From contig OZ038379.1 of assembly GCA_964036045.1 (NCBI GenBank), forward strand, positions 20,770,001 to 20,834,000: a DNA stretch of 64,000 bases, given 5' to 3'. The notes below the pieces were generated by a model. That model was not told the DNA's origin, did not search any database, and saw only the letters and a program-made list of their open reading frames with translations. Source of the DNA: Eutreptiella sp. 'Long Island Sound 2002'. Taxonomy: Eukaryota; Protista; Euglenida. Shown here one piece after another: positions 13,051-23,830 of this stretch. Numbering within the stretch: the first letter of the stretch is position 1; each line of letters opens with the position of its first letter. A program made the translations under genes and the position numbers.

Positions 13051-14248
13051 CTACACCCCTCTCCCCTTAAATCTAGCGAACAAGCAACAAGCAAGCAACA
13101 AGCAACAAGCAACAAGCAACACTTCTCCTTTCCGTTTTGGCCATTACTCCGTTCCACCGCTTCGGGCTCTACTCTACTCTAGCCATCTCATACCCTAGGT
13201 CGTGGCCTTGCCAAATCCAAGTTTTGAGCCAAAATCTCACCGGTGGCGCTCCGGGGCAAGGGTGCCAAGTCGGGAGGTCCCCTCCCAAACCTGCGCATTT
13301 TGTGCCCCAAAACAGCCTTTTTTGGCCCAAAACGGTCCCGAAACCAACTCAAAACGGCCAAACGAAGGGTAACGGTTGCAACACTCTACGTGCACCTCAA
13401 TTGCCCCATGACAAAGAGCTCTGTGTTGCCCTCTAACTCCACGATATGTCTGAGAAACGGCCCCAAAATGGCTAAAAATGGCCTAAATGTGCGCTATTTG
13501 TGTCAAACAGGCCCAAAACCAAGAACGGGCCGTATCTTGGCCTACGTGGCTCAAAACCGAATTCCGCGGGCACCTAATCCACCCGCAACCTCCCACTTTC
13601 TGTGGTTTCCAAGCCCTAGATTCGCCCAACGAGACGCCTAGACCCCCGTACCAGTGGTCACTCGGTGGAGCCGGAGGGCAGCGCAGCCCGCGCACGGTGG
13701 GGGCCAACGGTGGGTCCACTAGGGTCCCCGGGGCGAAAAAAATCATTTTTTCCAAAGTTGTTCCTAAACCACTTGGGATGCTCAAACAAGTGTTTTGAGC
13801 CCGTTTTGAGCCCGTGGTGATGCGTTTTGGGCCATGGAAAATCCCAAAACGCCTTGAAAAGGGGCCATTTTGGGACCAAAAATGGGTCAAAAATGGGTCA
13901 AAAACACACTTTTCCAAAAGTGATCCTGGACCATTGGGGATGCTCAAACAAGTGTTTTTAACGCATTTTGCGCCCGTGGTGGCGCATTTTGGGCCACGGA
14001 AAATCCCAAAATGCCTTGCAACTGGGCCGTTTTGGGACCAAAAGTGGGTCACAAATGGGTCAAAAAAGTGTTTTTCCAAAAGTGACCCGGGACCATTTGG
14101 GATGCTCAAACAAGTGTTTTTAGCCCATTTTGAGCCCGTTTTGACCGAGTTTAGCCCCTTCCGCCACATGTATGCACCAAGTTGTACCCTTCGCACGTAC
14201 CTTAGAGCCCTGTGATGGAGCCACGTAGAGTTGGGGAGAGGGGTGTAG
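13051..14248. mobile_element. Non-autonomous DNA transposon-like element with perfect 16-bp TIRs (CTACACCCCTCTCCCC), adjacent to (TA)n
   Basis: 13051-13066 is the exact reverse complement of 14233-14248. TA runs lie on both sides. The first 27 bp are repeated at 14311-14337. The interior carries gcaacaa short repeats and an about 162-bp tandem repeat. Confidence 0.75.
13740..14160. repeat. Internal tandem repeat, about 162-bp unit, about 2.5-3 copies
   Basis: The anchor ttgggatgctcaaacaagtgtttt occurs near 13773, 13936 and 14098. Confidence 0.8.
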
Positions 14249-14254
14249 ACTAGA

Positions 14255-14257
<3 letters not shown>

Positions 14258-14310
<53 letters not shown>

Positions 14311-14338
14311 CTACACCCCTCTCCCCTTAAATCTAGCT

Positions 14339-14390
<52 letters not shown>
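14258..14390. repeat. (TA)n microsatellites separated by a 27-bp copy of the element terminus
   Basis: Directly visible. Confidence 0.95.
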
Positions 14391-14861
14391 CCAACGCTTC
14401 CATTCGAATCATGCTCAAACTGTGAGGTTCAACATGCCTACATCCTACATCGCTGCAATAACCATGTGTTCGTAGTTCATGTGCGGGCCTTGCAGTAGCC
14501 CCTAGGCACACTGATTCAAAGCTTCCTAACCGTAGGAACAATACTCCATCCCTCCTGCATATGGACATATGGACTTCATATGGCTGTTTATGCCGGAGTC
14601 AGTGGGTCAGTGAGGCTGACCCCCCAAAACTGGTCGAACCAGAAGCACAGCAGAAACACTGCAACGAACAAACACAGAGTAGCCTCCATAGAGCCCCAAG
14701 TTGTTCCTGTGCAGATGCAGGTGCAATTCCCCTTGCAAAACTAGTGCTAACGTGTTTGATCGCGGAAACGTTGCAACGAACAAACCAGACATTCCTGTGC
14801 AGCACGAATCAGGAAAAAAAAAAAAAGAAGGAAAGAGAAAAGAGAGTTGTCGGCGCCATAG

Positions 14862-15266
14862 TCTACACGCCGGTCATCGAACCTACGCTCTCCGGGACGA
14901 AGCCCCCGTGCACTTCCAGTATACTACGCTACCAATGTGGTTAAATAACCGTCATCCAACACACCACCCTACACCGCATTTTCCACATCGCTGGTGTCAG
15001 TGACCTAGCACCGTCGCCACACCAAGAGCAGCTGCTCTTTATGAGCTGTCAGTGCCGTCGCCTCCATGAGCCGCGATGACAGAGTGCACTGCGGGGCCGG
15101 GCCCCCGTGCACTTTCAGGTATGCGCGCACCTTACCATTCACGCGCGGCCAAAAATGAAACATCCCTGGGGTTGCGGGACATTCGGCGGTTCCCAGCACT
15201 CGCCGGGGTTCGAACCACCCTATGTGAAATTGAAGAGCTGTGCACGACCAACTATGCTACGCTGCC
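14862..15266 (-). mobile_element. Cluster of degenerate tRNA-derived (SINE-like) heads
   Basis: Minus strand 15266-15195 reads GGCAGCG-TAGCATAGTTGG (A box)...GGTTCGAACCC (B box). 14933-14862 reads GGTAGCG-TAGTATACTGG...GGTTCGATG. A third diverged copy lies near 15070-15135. The cloverleaf stems are broken. Confidence 0.5.
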
Positions 15267-17656
15267 TACCCATCATAGGGCAAGGTATACACCTCAAGAA
15301 AACCATCGTGTACCTGTCCTCATTGGCAGAACTGGTGCATACAGGCTACCGTACACAAACAGGATCAATAGGAAGGCAAGGGCGCCACTGGCAAGCAAGC
15401 TACAAGCAGGCTACTATATATATTGGACGCCCCATTTCGGGCCACTTTAGGTCAAAGGGGTCCACATGCTTTTGAACTCAGCGTGCCCAGGGGGATGAAA
15501 TCGTATTCAGTGGCAAAAAATCTCCTGCAGTCTTCAAAACCGTTGGACGTGCTTCAAAGTTCTCAAGAAATTCAAAATACCCCCCCCCCCCCCCGGCATG
15601 CTTTATGAACCCCTTGTCCTTGTGTTTTTGCTCTGTCCTTCGCCGGACTCGAAAAAAAAGCTGATCGGCTGCTAGTTGAAGAGCCGCAAATGTTTGTGAG
15701 CAGGATGCATTGGAGAACTCTACTGCCTGCGATGGGGTGGCAGAATGGCACCTGTTGCCTGGGACCCATACCTACTTCTTGGACTCCCACTGATTTTGGG
15801 CTCCTGGGATCTGGGATGGACCACTCTCGACGCCAACACTACTTCAAAGCCCACTTCAAAGCGCAGTAGGCCATCAGACCACCCACGGTGCACACATCAT
15901 GCATACTACACCTCATGCTGTTGACACATATCACCATGTGCACAAAACTTCCGTCTTGGGACATGAAATCAACCGGCGACTTTGCATGAAACTTCTTCTG
16001 CGGGCACGTGCATTCCTCGAGCCATGTCAACACACAAGACTGGGCTGAGTGGATACAAGCACACGCTTTGAGCCTTGCAATGCACACCCTGAAAGTCCAG
16101 GAAGCAAATATACAACCGCCTAGGGAGCATCCAGGCAGGGCCAGGCAATACTGCGTGTGCATATCGGACTACAAAAGCAGAAAAGGATGCTTCCTGTCCC
16201 GTAAGGGGCGGATCAGGGGCCAATACCGTGTTTACTGGGCGGAGTGGCCACGCAACCCTCCACGTGTCGTCCCAGTCACTGTTCCACAGCCCGGCCCATG
16301 GGCAGCGTCGCGCCAGCCGTTGTAAAACAACGGCTGATGGTCAGACCTCGGAACCGAATCGGTTGATCAGGCAAAGAAGTGTCTTTGACTTGGGTTTTCC
16401 GTCCCACCAGGGCCCATTCCGCAATCCATCCATGCGCTCCCCCCCTGATTCCCTATGTGATGTGGTGACTGCCCCTCTACGTACAGTCGTGCCTACGTGC
16501 AAGTAAAATCCCATGCAGCCCCACGTAAAACGAAGCATGGCTGTCCTGTAATGAACATCTCTTTGGGTATGCCCAGCGGACTCGTTCACACTCAGTCCAC
16601 AAATCAATATTGGAGTGGGGGGAATTTCATTTGTGGCGCCTCAAAAGGTCAGGTGCGGATCGACCATTTGGCTCAAGCCGTGCCATGCCTACACACAGGC
16701 CTTCATTGCTCACTCAGTACGAACAAGATCTCCTCGGCGTGTGAGCATACTGAGTTTAGCTCCCTCTCTCTTGGGGCAGGGCATTGCCTTGTGGACGCTG
16801 TCTTCGGGCTTCGACTCCTGTGATCCTGGCCAATGTCCGTGCGGATTTGAGTCAGGATCGATTTGCGGGGGGGGTGGGGGGGTTCGAGCCCGCTTTCTGG
16901 GAGCCCCCCCTTCGAATCGGGGTCCCATGACCGAAAACCCAAGCAGGCCCTAGATGGGGCCCAGGGAGGGGGTGTGGGTACCCCAACATACATACGTCAA
17001 AGTGCCGAAGAGCCCACGGCGCGCTGATCCTTCTGAGGTGTGCAGCATGGAGGTGCAACACTTGCAAAGAGTATCTTATTGTCCGTCCATTCTCGAGCTG
17101 CTGGCCTTCGGTACTGCCCTTCCATATGGGCTCGGCCCCTGTTCCAAACCACACTCCGCCCCAGTTTTGGGGGCCGGGAACGGCGCCCGCTTCGCGCAAC
17201 TGAACCGTTTTGTTATACTCCCATTGTGGGCAGGCCCATGTGGAGGGGGTTCAGGGGTAATGCAGTGTGGCCGTTGGGCGGTCTCTTGTTGTTGCGTACA
17301 CCAGGGATGCTTTAGAAGAGCGGGGGGGGGGGGCGGAGGGTCCAGAAACTAAAAGAGTGTGTACCACAAATGGCCCGAATCAAATTTTCCTTTTGTAAAT
17401 TTCATTGTTTCCCACCATGAAATCTGGGTTCGGGTGGGGGGGGGTTCAGGGGGGGGGGGGGTACGCCCCCTCCTCCTGTGCTCTAATTATGGCATACATC
17501 CAACACCTTTGTGGTATGAGTAGCAGGGCGAAAATAACGCTAGGGGATGGCACAGGATGCATCGACTGCCAACGTGCTCCAGAGCCTGAAGCAGGTGCAG
17601 TCATGCGGCAGGATCAAAAGCCGTGGTGCCCACGCCCCTCTTGGCTGTGCCAATCA

Positions 17657-18925
17657 CTATTGAGAAACAGCAAAGCGGATGGGAAGCAAGGACCAGTGAT
17701 ATCCACTGCCACGGGGCTTGGGAATGGCAGTGCGCAGGGCATAGTTCGCACTGTATGACAAGGCAGCTTCTATGAAGCGATTGCCGTGCGCATCCGTCAC
17801 AACTTCAGGGCTCACAAATTTACTGGGGAGGTTCACAAAGTATGCCTCAGGGCCAAACTGTGCCAAATACGCGGTCATTTTGAATGGCCCGGTGATGGCG
17901 TCCGATTCCAAGAAATACACATCGAACGGGCCCTGCATGTTTGGGCTGTAGGTCGGAGTGCCAACACACATGACATATTTCTGAATGGCGGGGATGTATG
18001 TCATCGTCACAACACCCGTGCGGTTTTCCCAAGTGTACAGGGGCTGTGCAAGGGCCACAGTGGGCGCCCACTTGTCTCTGCCTGCACTATCCTTCCCGCC
18101 AAAGAACTGCCACGAATCACGATTGAGAATGTGCTCCAACTTGGGTAAGACCCGCGCCAAATACACCTGGCTACCCTGCATCCACGACTGGGGCTGGTAA
18201 TCCTTGTCTGCACCGTGGCCCACGAGGTACATGAAGCCATCGGGCGAATACTCCAGCTCACGGCCCAAATCCACCACATGTGGGGCCCCAAACTTGACTT
18301 TCCCTGTCCAAACCCCGTTCGGCAATGGGTGTGGCCCAGGCTCCCCAAAAAGGTTGTCGTCCACGTCTTTCATCTGCATGCGGGGCTCGGTCCAGGTCTT
18401 GCCCTGATCCGTGCTGTAGCGGAAGCCAACAAATGGCCCCTGGACGCACCAATTGTGACAGGGGTACTGGGCATTTCCGGAAAGGACATCCAAGGCGTAC
18501 GTGCCGTAGTACCAAACCCCCTCATGGTAGAAATTGGCGCTGGGGTACCGCCCTTTGTAGGGCCAAGTAGAGCAGTGAAACGTTCCCACATCGGTCACTG
18601 TTAAGTTAGAGGGGTCCTCGCCCACTACGCGGGCAAAACCTTGAGAACAGTTGTATGGAGATCCGAGAGACATTGCGGTGATCCCATTTACAGTGCCATC
18701 TGTCCACGGTGTGAACAGATCACCCTGTTTTGACCAACTTGGATACCAAGTGTCCGCGCCTCCATACTGAGGGTTCTTTGCATCGTCGTACATAAACCTG
18801 CTCAAATGGGTAGACCATGGGAAAGGGATGTCAGCTGGGATGGGCACGTGCCAGGGCTTCCAGTCGGTGGCACCGTGAATCATTGTCATGGTGCCAAACA
18901 ACACCAGAGACGACAGACATTTCAT
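17657..18925 (-). CDS. Secreted DUF4185-like / Asp-box beta-propeller protein (putative glycoside hydrolase), intronless
   Basis: The 493-codon open frame has a probable start at ATG 18925, giving a signal-peptide-like N-terminus (MKCLSSLVLFGTMTMIHG). It has an Asp-box YSTDQGKTW and motifs ADTWYPSW, GRYPS, KVKFGAPHVVDLG and FGPEAYFVNLPSKF that resemble bacterial DUF4185-type proteins. The family assignment is from memory. Confidence 0.85.
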   Translation of the reverse strand: MKCLSSLVLFGTMTMIHGATDWKPWHVPIPADIPFPWSTHLSRFMYDDAKNPQYGGADTWYPSWSKQGDLFTPWTDGTVNGITAMSLGSPYNCSQGFARVVGEDPSNLTVTDVGTFHCSTWPYKGRYPSANFYHEGVWYYGTYALDVLSGNAQYPCHNWCVQGPFVGFRYSTDQGKTWTEPRMQMKDVDDNLFGEPGPHPLPNGVWTGKVKFGAPHVVDLGRELEYSPDGFMYLVGHGADKDYQPQSWMQGSQVYLARVLPKLEHILNRDSWQFFGGKDSAGRDKWAPTVALAQPLYTWENRTGVVTMTYIPAIQKYVMCVGTPTYSPNMQGPFDVYFLESDAITGPFKMTAYLAQFGPEAYFVNLPSKFVSPEVVTDAHGNRFIEAALSYSANYALRTAIPKPRGSGYHWSLLPIRFAVSQ

Positions 18926-18945
18926 AACTGGATTAGAAAACACTT
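18926..18945 (-). promoter_or_regulatory. Candidate 3' splice / spliced-leader acceptor immediately upstream of the ATG
   Basis: Minus strand reads gtgttttctaatccAG|ttATG. Confidence 0.4.
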
Positions 18946-20112
18946 CTAAGCAGTGAAATCGTGGGAGCCCAGGTAAAAGCTTCACAAAATGCAGCGCTGT
19001 GTTGTGCTTGGAAACACAGATTTTCACCAGGGATGGCTGCAGTTTGCTTATCTCTTTCTGCTGGCCCTGGTTGTCCCCACTCGAATTTCCCAAAACCCTC
19101 CACCTCAACCCCCGCCAAAAGCCACAATATTCATTCAAACTGCATCAGTTCAGTGTGTTCCACGATTGCTATGCATACAGCCAAACCACCAAAACGCCCT
19201 CAAAGCCCTCTTTAATCCTTGCAACAGCCAGGCATCCTTTGTGCGCCAGATGTGCTATGGCCACTGCACTGCAATCCATGCTGTATGTTCTCGTTGATGA
19301 AAAGCCCGCTACTCTGAACTGGAAGCAATTGTGTGCAAATGGTGGGCAAACCAAACTGCATTGGAGGCATGCTTGACCATGGCTGAGAGATTAGCTACAG
19401 ACAATTTGCGCCGGAAAAGCCGCACTGCTGGATTTCTGTCATACAATGTGTAATCCTACCACTTATCTCAGCTCCGGGAGAACCCAAATTTACTCCCATC
19501 CCTACAGGCATCCAGGTCAGAAGGGATTTTGCTTGTAATTCTTGAACTGTGCATGCTGGATTTTGAGTGGTTCGGTGATTTTGAGGTTGGTTCTAGTAAA
19601 ATGACTGCTACATGCAAATTGCCCTGTAGCTCACATTGCTTGGGGAGACAGCCTATGAGACAATTCGAATAATATCCAGTGATTCAGTGATTCATGGCCC
19701 TCCTCTGCCAACAACACACCAACACCCCCTCCCCTTTCACCAGTAGTGTGCCAAACCACCCTGCACCAATTGCACCAAACCCGCCCGAAGTGCGAGAAGG
19801 CACAATCATCATTCACACTGCATCATTCTGGTGTTCGAAGGGATAAGGTACGAACAATCAAAATGAAATACCACGTATCCATCCGTCACAAGCATACATA
19901 TCTACAATCAAACTTCGAAAGAGCAACTGGAAAGATGCTGATATATCATGGCATCTGGGGGTGCCTTTATACAACTCACTGTCTGTCCTGCCAACCACAG
20001 GCACCATGTTCAAGCACTCCTGCGGCTCTAGGTAACTGTGGTTGTCTGCATCTTAGGGCTCTCCTGGATGTGGGCGGTCATGTGTGTCTGCCGTCACGTG
20101 TGCCACATGCAG

Positions 20113-20445
20113 GCACGGTCTTGTCTAAGCACGGGGTGGGCGTTGGACCGCTGTTTTGCCTGGTTTTTTGGGACCACGGCCGTGCTTGCGCAAGGGGGGG
20201 CGGGGTAGTTGTCAGGTTTGTTTTCTCTACAATAGACCAACGATTTGCATAGGCTGTGGAAGGCAAATATCAGGAATGGCTAAGAATCACATCAAAACAA
20301 ACATCTTCAGGTGGCAATGTGTGGTAAACTGTCTTTAAACCCCATGTTACATCTGGGACCACAAAAACAGTGGTCCCAAAAATTCCTCAAAACAGCGGTT
20401 CAACGCCCACCCTGTGCTTAGACAAGGCCGTGCTTGCGCAAGGGG
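20113..20445. mobile_element. MITE-like element with about 56-63-bp imperfect TIRs, related to 78-491
   Basis: 20121-20176 (ttgtctaagcacggggtgggcgttggaccgctgttttg...tttttgggaccac) matches the reverse complement of 20370-20425. The motif ggccgtgcttgcgcaagggg follows both TIR blocks. Confidence 0.7.
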
Positions 20446-20576
20446 GAGGGGGGGTAAAAAATAGTGCACATTGATCTTTTGACACCATCACTCCAACAGT
20501 GTGAAGACCCCGGCTCAACGTGCAAAGCGAGGTAGGGAAGTCTCACCCTTCAACTGTGGTTAAGGAGGAGGGGTGC

Positions 20577-23410
20577 TATGGGGTGTGTTTCGGGAAGTCC
20601 TACCGGGAAGTCCCCCACTTCCCGGGTCCATTTTTATAGAAACCCCCGTAGTGGCCCCGGGGTGAATGAGGGGTAATTTTTAGTGCTTTAGGCAAGGGAA
20701 GGTAGGACCTTTTCAATTTGGGTCCAAACTCGCCGATATGGTGTTTTGATGGGGGGGGGGGGGGGCTCTTGGGACCGGGAAGTGACTTCCCGCCCTTAAT
20801 GGACCCAGAAAGTCACTTCCCGTTTTGACTTTACGGTGCTACTTTTAGATCTGAAAGTGACTTCCCGGGGACTTTCCGGGGACTTTCTAGGTCAATTGTG
20901 GTCTCACCCAATTTCCCCCCGTTCACTGCAAATGAGGTGCAACACATCTTGATGAGCATTAGGACAATGTCACATTCGTGCCCTCTTGGTCTTGGGGAGG
21001 CCCCGGCCTTGTTTGGCATCAAAGATTGCCAAACCAAGGTAGAGGGCATGCATATTTACAACATGCTTCAACCCACGTTGATTCAATAGTGGGCGCCGTA
21101 CGGACCACCCTTTGAAGCAATCGCGCAATTCCACCTTAAACCGAGAAATCCTGTGTTCGGTGGGACCACTGCCAAAAAAAATGGAGTGGTATCGCTCCAT
21201 ATAGAACCCGCTGTGCGCAAGTGTCCAATGTACCCACACCGTGGGTTTCTATCCAAGCATCTCCCAAAGCTGTCCGAGGCGTGCTGCAGCCCTCTTACCA
21301 TCTTCTACTTGAGCATATGTTAACCATCCTTTCGGGTGCAAGGGGGTTTGTAATGTCGCAACACATGACAGCACGGAGAGCACGACAGTAGAAATATAGC
21401 ATGGATGGCCATCCACTCTTTTACCCGGGTAGAACTCACAAATGAGGTCTACCACACGACGTTGCCATGTGGGCTGTGTCAGGAAAAAATGTGATGATAT
21501 AACGTCAAATTGACCATCCTTTGTTGGTGGCATAGCAATGGGTTCCGACACTGGAATCTGCGCGACCTCTTGGGCGAACTCTGCCCAAAGCTCATTAAGG
21601 CGGCCTACACCCACGGCCCTCACCCAAGCAGACAAATTCGCGCTAAGGCCAAAGCATGGGCATAGCCATCAATGCGGCGGACAGGGGGCAAACACCGTAG
21701 GAATGCCCCCCACCGTGGTGTAGGAGTCACGGCATTGGCTGGTTGCAATGATGAACTATCATCGCAACACCAACACTTTTTGCCAGGTGCATGATTCATG
21801 GATGCCATCCCTTTACCATCACCTATTAAGTGGCACGTAAAGCGTGCTACTCCATGTCCCGGGACAATGATGTCCGAGGCTGAATCGACTGCTTGGAGTT
21901 GGTCATTGAGCGAGGCGGTGGCATCCGTTGCACGAAGAGGGTGCATGTCGTAGCCACCATCCTTGGCCCACCATGTTGCCCAATGATGCAGCCGTAGAGC
22001 CCCCTTTCCAACATCCCACGTAGACATCACACCGCATGGAACTTGTGTGCCAAAGTGTGTGTGGCATAGGGGCACAAGATCTCTGGGATCTCCCTACTCG
22101 ATAGCATCTTGAACTCCCCGGTGGCCTGTGCTAGCTCCAACCATGACATGACCACATCTCGCAAAGTTGCTGTTGCGGCTACACAAGGCCTCCCCTCTGC
22201 AAGACGAACAAAATGTGGCTGGGCTTGGTACGCAGCCAGCTCACCCCTCATGTCTACCACGTCCTGCCAACGACAATGTCGGGGATAACGCTTTGTTTGC
22301 CGTACCAACAAACCCAGCCGCCGTAAACTACGGAGGCTCGACCATGTCGCCACATTTGCCCGAATGCTTGTCCACCGTAACCGCTGGGGGGTCCAATGCA
22401 GCACCGCGTAGCGTGAGCACACCAATGCTCAATGTCTCAATGCGGACATCCCCACTCCTAGTACCGCCCTTGCAATGCGCTGCAAGTGCTGCAAACACTC
22501 CCGTTGGTAATGCGCCGTAACCTCCGAGTACGAGTGGCTGTGGTGGTGGTGCACGGCCCGCTCAAATGCCTCAATGGCTTGCAACATGGGGTGAAATTAA
22601 AAGACATTAAAAGACACGAAACACGAAACGACTCGAAGCGCGAAACGACTCAAAACGCGAAATGTTGCAAAATGCGAAGCGAAAGGAATACGTCACAAAA
22701 ATGGGCACCCTGTGCCGTATTGGGCCAGGCAACATGCACAATGCCGAGTCACAAGCTAGTGCCATGGTGCGGGGGATGGACAAACGATATGCTTCGGATG
22801 GGTGTGCTGCATTTGTTGTGTGTTTTGCAACATGTGGTGTTTCCTCTCCTCATAAAATTGGTTTTGTTAACATGATAAAGTTTTTGTGCACGAGATTCGG
22901 TTGCAATGTGCACGCAACAACCACGGAGTGCCACGACACAGATGTCTAGACACACACTAACACACTTACACACAACCATGGGACAACCAAGTACTTAGCC
23001 ATTGTGTGACCTGTTGTTGCATGATCCAAGGGGTATGGGGAAAGAAGTAATATTGGGGCTCTGCTACTTCTGACCGAGGGAGTATGGGGTGTGTTTCGGG
23101 AAGTCCTACCGGGAAGACTTTGCCAAAACCCCATACCGACCAATTGAAGAAGGTGTTTGCAATGGGGACAAAACTCATTATTATTCCTTTTGGATCATTT
23201 TAAGGTAAGTGAAGGTCATGGGTCCTCCTGGGGGGTGGATGGGAAAATTTTAAATGGGGTCAAAAACTTACTTCCCGGGGACTTCCTAGAGGACTTTTAG
23301 GTCTGAAACTTGGGAGACTTCCCGGAAAAATGGACCCGGGAAGTGACTTCCCAGTGGGACTTTCAGGTCTGAAACCCACTTACTAGTTTGACTTACTGGA
23401 ACTTTCTAAG
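20577..23410 (-). mobile_element. Decayed Transib/RAG1-like DNA transposon with subterminal palindromic repeat arrays
   Basis: A perfect 20-bp inverted repeat (20616-20635 / 23326-23345) brackets the transposase relic. Multiple gggaagt(g/c)acttccc motifs occur at both ends. A 34-bp end sequence is duplicated at 20577-20610 and 23083-23116. Confidence 0.6.
20970..22587 (-). pseudogene. RAG1/Transib-like DDE transposase pseudogene (family 1), about 540 codons with frameshifts and stops
   Basis: Stitched frames 22587-22027, 22075-21620, 21635-21249 and 21239-20970 give, in order: ILCPYAT (first Asp position, mutated), LIGDGKGM, KCWCC (C-x2-C), GYAHALA, KPTVWVHWTLAH (H-x4-H) and GPTEHR (Glu 19 residues after the second His). 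Confidence 0.7.
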
Positions 23411-23451
23411 TCCATTTTTACATCCTCCATCTTCACCCCCAACCCCCTTCT

Positions 23452-23830
23452 TCATGACATCCTCACATCAAAGGTTGTTGCCACACTTTCACGCACCCTT
23501 GCACATCTTTGTTTTCCCTCCTTTTGATTTGAGAGTGCCACATGCCTCCTTACTTTGTTCCGGATTGGACGACGTTGCCGTAAGGGCTGTGCCAAAAAAA
23601 GTTGAAAGGATGTGATATCAAACTGACTAGCCTTTGTTGGTCGCATGGCTGTGCCTTTTGACACTAGGATGCGTGCCACATCTTGGGTGAATTCTACCCA
23701 GAGCTCTTTGAGGCAGCCCACAGTGCCAAGGCCCTCTCCATTGGCTACCCACGGACACATTCCCAATGGCCAATTTGCTTGTGAAGCCGGTATGCCCCTG
23801 CGTGCCCTGTTGCAAGGTTGCATGGTGAAA
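23452..23830 (-). pseudogene. Partial second copy of the family-1 transposase
   Basis: LGTVGCLKELWVEFTQDVARILVSKGTAMRPTKASQFDITSFQLFLAQP aligns with VGVGRLNELWAEFAQEVAQIPVSEPIAMPPTKDGQFDVISSHFFLTQP (21635-21450). Confidence 0.75.

Noticed and set aside
13137-14215. ORFs of 100-237 aa inside the TIR element
   Set aside because: They follow the internal tandem repeat on both strands and have no transposase motifs.
14862-15266. Functional tRNA genes
   Set aside because: A and B boxes are present but the acceptor, anticodon and T stems do not pair; kept only as SINE-like.
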